This document shows positions 26,601-38,117 of a DNA stretch of 64,000 nucleotides, piece by piece. Every line of letters starts with the position of its first letter. Positions within the stretch are counted from its first letter, which is position 1. The notes under the pieces are model-generated. The model searched no databases. It worked only from the letters and a program-made list of their open reading frames with translations, and had not been told where the DNA came from. A program made the position numbers and the translations under genes. Source of the stretch: Veleropilina oligotropha (Eukaryota); assembly GCA_048128005.1 (NCBI GenBank), contig JBEUKZ010000060.1, forward strand, positions 434,001 to 498,000, written 5' to 3'.

Positions 26601-26731
26601 ATAGTCGAAGTCACAAAAGGCAGAAGTCTTCAGGTTTCCACAAGTACTACATCATTGCGCTGATAGTCAGTGGATTCTTCATAGTTACATTGGCAGTATA
26701 TATCGTGTATCAAGAGAAAACAAGAGAAAAG
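26601..26731 (+). CDS. M13 metallopeptidase exon encoding the signal-anchor TM helix (KYYIIALIVSGFFIVTLAVYIVYQEK)
   Basis: tttcag acceptor and AG|GT donor; basic residues followed by ~22 hydrophobic residues; phase 1 to phase 0. Confidence 0.85.
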
Positions 26732-27065
26732 GTCCGTCTCCTTTTGGTTGTTATTTTAGTGTTCTATAAGCAGGAAATATCCTGGATCAAAGCATTACTT
26801 AGATTGTATTAAAATTATCTAAATTTATATTTTTTGTCAAAACCACAAAAATTCCTTCAAATTTTGTATATTTTCTTTATATACTGAACAAAATAAGAAA
26901 CTTCTGCTAAGTTTGCTTGAACATAGCTGGATGAAAACAAACCGGGGGAATCATTGTTATATATGCGTTTAAAGAGTGTTCCATTATGCATCGTTTGGTG
27001 TAAAAATTATGGCCATAGGTTAACAGAAAAGGCGAGAAATTTTGACCAATTTAGGTACGGGTTAA

Positions 27066-28831
27066 CCCTCTAACCGGTGACTTTATTTGGGAAAATATTT
27101 GACGATATGCATATATCATATATTAATGCTCCATAAAGGTTGAAATGTATAATATACCCCATATAAACTATATATTTTCTTGAAGGTAATTGGATTGGCT
27201 ATCTAAATATGACAAGCCAGACACTATGCACATAAATTACAAAAATATATTATGGTAAATGATGTAAATTTTAATTACAAAAAAAATAAAAAAATAATTA
27301 GCGGTATGTTATCATGTTTCAAAATCATATTTCGTGATAAAATATTACTTTCATTTGATATGCAATCAATAAAAATAAGCATTATGAACAATTACGGAGC
27401 AAAAAATACAGATTATTACTGTTATATGGCATATTTCAGATGAAAATACATAAAAGGCTAATATATAAAAAATAGGACAAAAATTCACTTATCAATGCCA
27501 ACACTAAGATAAAGTGTGATATATTTAATACACATCATATAGACTATGTATTATTTAGAATATAAAGGAATAATCTACCTAAACATGACAAGCTGAACAA
27601 AATAATATATATATATACATATAATACCAAAAAATATGATAATTTATGTAAATTTCATTTACGTGAAATAATAACAACACATCATCATGTTCGAAAAGCA
27701 TGTTTCCTGATAAAACATTACTTCATTTTGATATACATCCAACAAAACCTAGCAATAACAATCATTACAAAACAATGAAATACTAATGATTACGGTTATA
27801 TGATATATTTGAATCGCTGCCGTCTCAACTGCCTGGGGTACCCTTCGTCAATTTTTCTCTCTGAGTTTTCCTTTTTCTGGCTGGTAGTGGAGCCTCATCA
27901 TTGTACCTCTCTGGTTGTGAAGCAGCACCTAAAATAAAGAATAAAAGGCACTAAATATATGCTAATAAATATAAAGTAACAAGCTTATGCATAAAGTTAT
28001 AAAACTGGCAATTAGGCCCAAGCATGAATTCATTTATCCATAAAAAGGATATGCAAATAAATATAATATACATATTATAACATATACATGCATACATACC
28101 TAGTCGCACACATACTTACATTTATGCATTCATGCATGCATGTGTACATGTATATAAAGTATACATACATTCATACAGACAGACATACAAACAAACATAC
28201 ATTCATAAAATATCGTGCCCCTAAATTATCTCCCCTTGATTTATATTATTTCCTTTGTTTACATAAAATAATAACATACCTATCCGATTTCCACTGTTAT
28301 AAATTATATATTCCTATTCTAATTTGTATATAGGATGATTGCGTCAATAACACACTCCAGGTTGTCATATTATCAGTAATTACGCAATAAAACCAACATT
28401 TATATCTTACCTGATTGTGCATTTCCACGTGAAATTGACGACCCAGACGGTCAGGTCAATCTGGGGTCAAATTCCTCGCCATTTTCGATGTCGGTCGCTT
28501 TGCTGTACCTTTCTTATGTATTATCGTAATTATATTCGCCAGAAAATAACGTTTCTAACACTTGAGTGACCGTAAAACACTGCCGTCTCCCCTCCGACAT
28601 TCCTGTATCAGCTGGTGCCACGCCCACATATATTTACCTCTTATTTTCGCTTATTTTCAGCTGACAAACTTCATATAAAAATGGCGACTTCAATGTTTAT
28701 GCGTAGCTTAGTTATCTATGACTAACAAGCGCCATCTATTATTGGAATGCGACTACTTCATTCATAGAAAGAGCGCGTAATTCAAACAGCACCATGATAC
28801 GGACGAAATCGTCCGTCCACCGGTTACAGGG
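27066..28831. mobile_element. Non-autonomous piggyBac-like element
   Basis: TTAA at 27062-27065 and 28832-28835; TIRs ccctctaaccggtg / caccggttacaggg. Confidence 0.85.
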
Positions 28832-28944
28832 TTAATATAAAAAATAACACTTAACAAGACAATCCAAGATTGCAAACCTTTGCCCCGATAGTTAAAGAAC
28901 ATTTGATGTCAAGGTATTCATTGAAACTAGGTGCCGGTGTCATA

Positions 28945-29092
28945 TAGAATTATGACCCCATAGAAAAGTGACCCGCGGGTCACTATTCTTTAAAGAATTG
29001 TGACCCGCGGGTCATAATTCTACTGTAGAACAGTGACCCGCCCTATAGAAAAGTGACCCGGGTCAGAATTCCACTATAGAAAAATGACCCGG
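28945..29092. repeat. Cluster of short palindromic repeats (tgacccgcgggtca / tagaa..tgaccc)
   Basis: About six related units, two of which contain the perfect palindrome tgacccgcgggtca. Confidence 0.7.
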
Positions 29093-31389
29093 CATGTTGT
29101 TTGTTCAAATCCATTGTAGGTAAATCACAGAAATAAACGCTTGAGATTCCAAATTGATTCGCTTTCACTAGAGTAGACTCAGGCGAGGGTATTGCAATGG
29201 GTTTTGTATGTATGTCTGTCTGTCCGAATGCCATCATATCTCAAAAACTGTTGACCTGATTTCCTCCAAATTTCAACACAAGTTAGGTTTCATCCTTGGC
29301 AATTTTCTCCTCGAAGATGATCCGGATAGGTACGCGGATACGGATGTTATGACGCACTTCCGTTTTTTAGATTTTGGGCTGTAGAGTTAGAACGCTTCGC
29401 CTTACAAAGCTCAAATTAAGCTCAAAATGTTCTTGACATCATGGGACAACGATACGATGAATTATCTAGCATCTACATTAAACAAGATGGCTGCCAAAGG
29501 GAGGGACAAAAGTGATTTTGCCCACATTAAAAATCATGCATGTCCATTCACATAACTCGAAAGCTGTTGATCCGATTTTGTTGAAATTTATACACAAGAT
29601 ATGTTGTATCCATGGCTCGATCCTCCAAGATGGTTCCGATTGTGATCCGGGTCCGGATTTTATGATGCAATTTCCGGTTTACGGATTTTTGGGTGTAGCG
29701 TTAAAACACTTCGTTAGACAAACTTCAAATTAGGCTTAAAATGTTCTTTAGATCAGGGGCCAGTGACAACATGAAAAATATTTATAAAATAATGTGAAAT
29801 GTGAACTTTATAAGCATTTTAGAAATCAACCAAAGCAAAATGCAGCTAAGGGCCGCAAATTGGTTACCACTGACACCAGACACCTCACATTTTGACAAGT
29901 GACTGAGTGGGACATTATGTACAACTTTTATCGACATATTTTGTGTGTCAGAGCGAATTTGTAGCAATAACTTTTGGTCAGAAGTTAACATCGTCGAGAT
30001 GTTTCGATATTTGTGATAGCTCTTTCAATACTGCTAACGCCGTGTTATAATTTGCACCATTAGCAAGGTTACCGTTGTCTACCTTTCCTGAAAAATACAG
30101 GTATATATTGCTTTAGTAACTATTGAGTTATTGCGAGTTAAGTATTGTTGCCGACACGTTAACCTATCACACCCATTCGTAACATTGATATGGCGCATTC
30201 GCATGCATTACCTCGCCAACCAACAACAAATGAAGTAATGGGATACCATGTCTGAGATTGCCAGATATTGTTACCATCGCTTCCGAATGAGAAGGCGCTT
30301 TAGTAACTATTGAGTTATTGCGGGTGAAATGACAGCGGTGTCATAGCTAGTTAGATCTGTGTGTGCCCGGCCCGAGTTGAGCGGTCAGTTCTCACCGCTC
30401 GCAATTTTGAAATATTGTGGTGACAGACGGTGTTGACATGACTGGTTTTTCAATAGCATATGTGGGAATGGCTGCGTTTTAGATTAAATCAATATACATA
30501 TCACTTTTCGAGCAAATAGGGACAGGTTTGTTATTGCCTAGGATAACGGTTTAGTAATTGCGTTGTCTAAATGTCTCCAGGAGTCTATTTATTATTTTAA
30601 AATTGTTATGATAATCAGAATTTAGTTCATCTTTTATGTTTAGTAATTCATACACTATACCCCCCTACTTCTGCCAATTAAAGAGAGTCGTTCTGGTGAC
30701 CTTCTGTTCTCGAGTGGCGACTCTGAATTTACAGTTACCAATCGCAGTTGTACCTAACCAGTCGGAGAGGGCGGCGAAGGTTTGCAATCTCGGGATTGTC
30801 TTGTTTGTAAATTATTCCGACCATCTTTACTTATATTAAGGAGTACTGACCGAGTTTAGGGTGGACTCTATCTTATGGCAACAATTTTTACATTGGACAT
30901 GGTCGTTGAGGTAGATCCGCAAACCGGAAATTGCGTCGTATATTCCGAATCCGCTTTCCGAGTTCGATTATCTTTAGGCAGTTCTGAGCCTAGGATGGAC
31001 TCGATATTGTGTTTAAAAAATGCGTAAGTTGGATCTATGGTCGTTGAGATAGAGCCGAAAATCTGCAAACCGGAAATTGCATAATAAATTCCGGATCTCG
31101 TGTCAAAAAATTGAGTAAATAGGATCAATGCTTGTTGAGATATGCTCGCGGACAGACAATTCGCAAACCAGAAATTACGAAAATTGCATCATAAAATCTG
31201 GATCCGCTTTCCGATTCGGACCATCTTTGAGGAGGACCGAGCATAGGGTGGGCTCTATCTCGTGTGACAAAACTGGGTTAATCGGAGTAACGGTTGTCGA
31301 GATATGCTCCCGGACAGACAGACAAACCGACCCAATTGCAATATCTTCTCCCACCACTATGTGGGCGAAGCCTTCAAGGTAATAAGTTA

Positions 31390-32321
31390 TAACGGGTATG
31401 ACCACCTCTTGAATTGACCACTGCAGTGCATCGCCGGCGCATAGAATTGACTAAAATTAAGTGTTGATTTCTGCCTGTGGAATATTGTTTCATTCCTGAA
31501 TGAATTGGTTGGGACGAAGCCTCACTCGTCTGTCGAGACCATCCCAGACGTGCTCGATCGGGTTGAGATCAGGATTTTTAGCAGTCTAGTCATCAATGTT
31601 ATTTGTCCAAAGAAAATTTCAAGTGTCTCTAGCTGTATGAAATGTGGCATTATCATGCTGAAAAATCGAGATGTTGGCATTGTTATGAAATAGGAATGAC
31701 ATGATGGGATAGAATGTCATCGCGGTAACGTTGAGCATTTAAATTGCTATCAATGACAACTAGTGATGAACGATAACCATGGGCAATGGCTGCCCAATCC
31801 TTAACAGAACCCCCACCCCCGAATCGACGCGCACCCTGTCATCACCACGTTGTAAAGAAAATCTGGATTCATCTGAAAAAAGAACGATATTCCAACGTAG
31901 TCGTGTTCAACGTCGTCGTGTACACGTGCCCAATTAAGACGATTTACACGATGACGTTGCGTTAAACGCATCAGATGTAAGGACGCCGTGCGTGTAAACC
32001 GTTCTCCCTCAGACGATTACGAACAGTTTGCCCACTGATTTGGTTAGTATGAAGCCCAGGTGTGTTAGCAGCAGTTGCAGTGGCAGTCTGGAATCGATTG
32101 CGCAATTGCGTGTTGATGATATAGAGGTCTTGACCATGCATGCATTGTAAAACGTGGACGTCCACGACATGGCAAGTCGTCGGTGCGTCTTGTCGTTCAA
32201 AATTGTGCGCAAAGATTTTGTATCGCTCGACTAGAACTTCTAACATACCCTGCAATGTCTTCTGTCGACATGCCTGCATCAAGCATGCCAATCGCACGTT
32301 CGCGTCAAGTATTCATGGCAT
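31390..32321 (-). pseudogene. Degraded Tc1-type (DDE) transposase
   Basis: ARRPY, WNIVLFSDESR, FQHDNATF and NPDLNPIEHVWD; stops and frameshifts present. Confidence 0.9.
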
Positions 32322-32689
32322 ACTAAAAATTCTGCAATGTAAATAATGTTATTTTTTTACAAATTTTGAAGCATTTTCATTCACTTGCCAACAATATCAG
32401 TAAGACAAGTAAAACAAATTGACCGAATACCACACGGAACATGTTGAAGCATGCATGCATGTGCAAATCGGGTTTCACGCTGTCGACGATCAAAATAAGC
32501 ACTGAAATTCATGAATCCTGATAACATAGGTCAATGCTAATACTACGCATCTAATTTCATTAAACAGTGATTTCTTTAACACAACAAATACTATGTGTAC
32601 AAATCGGAATGTCCTTATTGTCTCGTCCGTAGGGAAAGAGATGAAGACGTATTGCTTTTCTGTCGGCGACGGCAACGTCGTCGTCAGCA

Positions 32690-33130
32690 ATTAATGTTTT
32701 GCATTTAGCTCTGTTTCTCAAAAAGTATATGTTCTAGATCAACATAACGTGGACCATAGATGCTTAATGGGTACTGTTGTTTACTGAATGCTTCGGATGC
32801 TTGATATATAACCTAGATTTTATGTACCGTGACTTTGTCAACACAGTAATCTGTGTTAAGGTTTTACGTTAAGTTTTTGCATTTAGCTCTGTTTTTCACA
32901 AAGTATAAGTTCTAGATCATCATAACTTGGACAATAGATGCTTCATGGGTACTGTTGTGTACTGAATGCTTCGGATGCTTGATATATAACCTAGATGTTA
33001 TGTACCGTGACTATGTCAACATAGTAATATGTGTTAAGTTTTTACGTTAAGATTTTGCGTTATAAATAGCTCTGTTTCTCAAAAGGTATATGTGTTGTAG
33101 ATCAATTAAATTTAGACCACAGATGCTTCA
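32690..33130 (+). repeat. ~178-bp tandem repeat, about 2.5 units
   Basis: gcatttagctctgttt...ctgaatgcttcggatgcttgatatataacctagat is repeated. Confidence 0.75.
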
Positions 33131-33889
33131 TAAGTGTATGAGCTGAGCTGAGGGAGGCACATACATATTAATCCTTCCAATTTTTCCCCCCTCATGCTCA
33201 CCCCCTCGCCCCCCCCCCCCCCACCCAATTTTTTTAATTTTTTTTTGCTATGCCTACACACTATAGCAGTTATTCTGAAAGTTTCATTATGCCTTGCAAT
33301 ATTGAGGATAGAAAAGAAGCAGATATCGTTATATAAGTATTATGTTTGTATGATGATAGGGACATATGCTTATCTGTAAGACTTGCTCACTGCCGATAGG
33401 CACAGTAAGCTATCAAGCTTAATGGTCACTCTGAGAAGCTGGGATTATCAAAATCGGATGGATTTTGAAAACTGGCTACCCCATTGGTTGGTTTATTCCA
33501 TGGGTATCTTGTGATGGCAGTATATATTGCCAAAACAAGAACAGACTGAATCCAGTGTCTAATATCACCCTCAACTGGTCAAGGTTCAAGTCATTATATC
33601 CCCGGACAATAGTCCGGGATACTATTTTGTCATGGTGTGGCTGCTAAATATATTTAATCTCGAGCATATACGGTAATAATAAGATTTTGTTTTTATTTCT
33701 GTTTCTCTGAAACTTTAAGTCTTACAATAACTATATTAGGATCAGCACTGCATAGGTTGTACTTCTGAATTCTTACTTTACAAACAGAAAATGTAGCCCT
33801 TTTCAAAGTAAGCGGGGATGGGCGAGACATATAATTCCGCGGAATTTCTTGTTTTGTTCAGTATTATTGCGGCAAATTGGGTACCCCTT

Positions 33890-34510
33890 TTATTTATTGT
33901 GGGGGGCATTTAGATTTACCCTTGTCCGTCTGTCCCGTCCCGTCCATCCCGAAAACCAGTATTGCGTGCAAGTAACTTCATTCTGCTATAACTTTCATAT
34001 GCCTTCATGGATTTACTTGATACTTCATACACTTGCTTATCATCATTCATACTTCGCTTCTACCACCCACCCATGTCGCCCCTATGCCCAAGGTCAAGGT
34101 CAAATGACTTAGCTCTTCGGACCAGTATTTGCGTAACAGTAACTCCATTCTGCTATAACTTCCATCTGCCTTCAAGCATTGACTTGATACTTCATACACT
34201 TGTTTACCATCATTCATACTTCCCTTCTGCGACCCAGCCATGTCGCCCCTGATGCCCAAGGTCAAATGACTTAGCTCTTCGGACCAGTATTTGCATGTAA
34301 GTAACTCCATTCTGATATAAATTCCATCTGCCTTCATGGATTGACTTGATACTTCATACACTTGCTTATCATCATTCGTACTTCCCTTCTGCGACTCACC
34401 CATGACATTAATTGTCTGTTAATGACTCCACAAAACGATCTTTTCTGCCCCTACCGGTATGGTCAAGGCTGCCAGTGGGGGCATTCGTGTCCATTGGACA
34501 CATTTCTAGT
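33890..34510 (+). mobile_element. HINE-like element with ~170-bp internal tandem units
   Basis: Head as above; 3' hairpin tgtccattggaca followed by catttctagt. Confidence 0.75.
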
Positions 34511-35898
34511 CTAGATAAGGGTTTGTATATAGGCAGGATAAAGTATATCATAATAATATGTAATATATATTTACTTAGAGCTTGATGGGTGTACAGTATT
34601 TACTTAGAACTTAGAACAGTATTAAGTAATTGGTGACTAGTGCCTTTTGCTAATTTAGGGCATATTTGATTCACCAATTCCGGAATAGGAATACCTATTC
34701 TAGCAATTTTTATTTGATTGTTTTGGAGTAATCGTTCCGGAATAGGAATACATTAGCTATAATTCTGTTATTCTGTCTCATGGATAGGAGTAGAAGCTAT
34801 TCCAAGATCGTCGTTTGAAGTGAACTTTTCCATTATAACAACTGTCATGCAAATATATTTATTTGCTGTAGATATACTACATATATCTATATCAAATATA
34901 CTTACGTCCTTACTAATGCCATAATAAGCCTATTATCGCTAAATCCGGACAAGGTGGAAATGGTAATTTGCACTTTTTAGTAAATTGAACCCAGCTGACC
35001 CCCTGACCTGTTCGACCTCCTCCAGTTCATGTCCAGTAAGAGCTCGCCAACTCCCGCGAGATCTTCTTGACCCAAGGGTCAAGACCTCATCCGAAGTTTT
35101 CGGCTGATTGTACAAGTCGCGTTTTGCTTTGCTCCACAATCTTTGTGATTTTTCGATCTTTTTCGAGCTCGATTTTAATAATCTATCAGCTCATAAGATC
35201 TAGTATAGTGTTGTGAACACGTTTAGTGGAAAGTCGAGAGTCTCCTCCTGAATAAGACGCCTTCTTAGAAGTTTTCCTGTCTTCAAAAGGACAAAAAACG
35301 AAATCGACACCCTCCATTGACGACGCCATCTTGGACTTCTGAAAAGAAAGAAAAGAGGCCGCTCAGAGGGATATTTAAAGAAGGAAGCTCCCTAGCAATT
35401 ACTACGGAGTCAGGATAAGAGAGTTGATTATTGATATTGCTTGAATTTGCATTGCATTTCATTTATATATACGATAATTCCTCAACGACTTTTTTCTTGC
35501 TATAAATTTATGTAATCAAATTTATCGTCGTTGAAAAGCAGATTATTTAGAATTTAACTAGCGTTATTTTGGTAAATCTGCTAAATCGGGGATAGCACGC
35601 CGAATTCTAACAAATTGATATATATACATCCAAGAGGTTTTAGGTGTAAAAGGGCGGTTTTTTTAAAAGAAAGACCTCCCGTTTCTCAATTCGTTGACCG
35701 ACTGGTTTTTAAAAAGTAAAAATATAAAGTCGGTGTTTTTGGGCGTATAATCCGCCGGAAGTTCTAAAGCGTATTTCAGCCTTTTCCAACTCTCGGATCA
35801 GGTACAATCGAGGTTGTAGTAGTAATTTGGTAAACTACCCGGGAAATACCCTTATCACTTCAAAAAACCCTATCTCCCACCTACCCGTGTGTGTAGCT

Positions 35899-38117
35899 AT
35901 GAAGTATTGCAGTGTTTCCGAGTGCAGACAGAAAATCCGTGGTTTTGACAAGCACTCCGAATGCACTTTCCACCGTGATTGTACTAGCGATAGGGACCAT
36001 CCATGTGGGCATTGTGTAGTACTGACGAGTCGGCAGTGGGAGACTCTTTTCCCTTCGGAGAAGACAACCAGGGTATCTTCTTCCGAGGGGGCATCCACCG
36101 AGAAGCTCCAGAGGCTAGAGACAGGTTTTAACCCTTCACTTTCTCTTTCAGACCCTCTTGATGGTAGCCGTGGTGGGCCCGACGACACCTCCGAGACTTT
36201 GGGGAAAGTCCCGGAATCGTCGGGATCTCAGATTCAGGTAAGGGACCGAGTTCCGACCGATACCTCTCCTTTGGGCCTAGTAACCGCTGCTCAAAGTATC
36301 TTGCCGGCCAGTAAGATACGTCGAGCGCTGCGGCGAACAGCTGTACAGGGCAGACAAAACCTTACCTCTCCTCCGGCCTCGGAGGAGCAAGGCAGCGTTA
36401 GTCCTTCTGTGAGTCAAGTAACCTCTGAAAAGAGGCGAAGGAGACTAGCAGAAAAAGTCGATACAGTTGCTGGGCACCACGAAAGTGGTCGAAGTTCCAG
36501 ACGCTCGACGCAACCCGTCCTCTCGTCCGACAACGGCGCTAGCTTAAAGGCTAATCTCGCCACTGTCGGAGCCCACGAGAGTGATGGAAGGCCAACCTCC
36601 TCTGACGATTCTTATCAAGACGTCCCGGGTGGTGTGGTAGGACCGGCTGCGTTCGGGCTGAGGCCTACGGCGGGTATACCCCCGTGTCTCACCCGAGCAG
36701 GGTTTCAGACCCGTATGGACTGTGGTCGCAGTCTTACGGGTCGTTCGCACCGTTTAACGCGCCTCCGGGCCTTTTTCCTGGCTGCGGTTACCCGACAGGT
36801 AACCAGAGTCCCTGGTACTCAGCTCCACCTGTCCGTGCAGCCCGTCCCCCATGCGCTACGGTAACCTCGAGCGGACCAATGGCTGTTGGTCCGACGTCCG
36901 TCATGCCTCCGGGTTTCTCTCTTGAGAGCGTCCAGGCAATGATTGCGATGGAAGTCGAGGCATGTTGTAGGTCCTGGCAACCGGCTACCCAGCCGCCCCA
37001 GGTCCCAACGTCTCTGACCGTAACGCCGGGCTCGGCTCATGCTTCGGTGATGGAAGTCGATCCTCGTTCCGACGAGAACAGTGCTTCCACTCACTCTGAC
37101 CTCCCTGAATCGGTCGGACCAGACGACTCCTGTAGTCAGTCGGGCACGCATGAGACCATCTCCGCCACCCGCAGAAGATACGACGCTGTCGCGTCGCTTC
37201 GCGGGGTGCTAGACTTGCCAGACCCGGCTCTGCCGGTAGGCTTCGTCAAGCACAGGACAGCGGCACGTCGATTTGATGGGCCGGAAGCCCCCCTGCTTCC
37301 TACCCTACCCCAGTCTGGGTTGGTCTCGCTCGTCCTCGACTCGGCGACCAAATCCATTCAGGGAACCAAATCGGTGGAGACTTCCTCATTAACAGAGTAC
37401 CCTAGTGGTCTCCGTAAAGGGAAGTACCTCCGACCCAGTAAGCGTCCGATTTCGATCCGATGCTCTGGGGCGTGTCTGGAGACTGAGCCGGTTCAGATCG
37501 ATGCAGCGATGCGTCGACTGTCGGCCAGCACAGCTCCCTCAGTGGTCAAAGTCCCATGGGTCGCCATGGAGGGCTTTGAGAGCTCCGCTCGTCGGGCTCT
37601 ACGGCATGCCTCTATCCAGGATTTTTTCCTAGACGGAGCCATTACCGTACTGCAGGAGAACGGACCCCGCGCTCGTGAGATCGCACTGTCCTTTCTCGAA
37701 GAGGTTGCCGCCTCCACGGAGAACTCTGCGTCGGAGTCAGCCCGATCCTTAGGCAATGCTGTCCTACTTCGTAGAGACGCTTGCCTAGACGGCACCACAC
37801 TAGATGACGCCACCCGGCAGTCTCTACGTTGTGTACCGTTGTCGGCCTCTACTCTCTTCGGAGACAAATTCCCCGAATTTGTCGAGAAGCGAGCGGCTGA
37901 CCTCAAGGATCGCGCAATCGAGAAGGCAGTCTTGGCTACTCCTCGGAGCACGCCGACTGCTACCTCTAGGAAGCGCTCGAGACCGTCCCGGTCTCATACG
38001 CCTTCCAAGCGTGTTAAACCTTCCCCGGGTCGGCCTTCTCAGGCCAACAAACCTGCCGCGAAGAAAACACCTCCGACGAAATCCCGTCAGAGCGGGAGAG
38101 GGAAGCCGCGGCCCTAG
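35899..38117 (+). pseudogene. DIRS gag (copy 2) with a 1-bp deletion at ~36655-36657
   Basis: ttcGGGctg here versus ttcGGGGctg in copy 1; this splits gag into ORFs 35827-36864 and 36684-38117. Confidence 0.85.
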
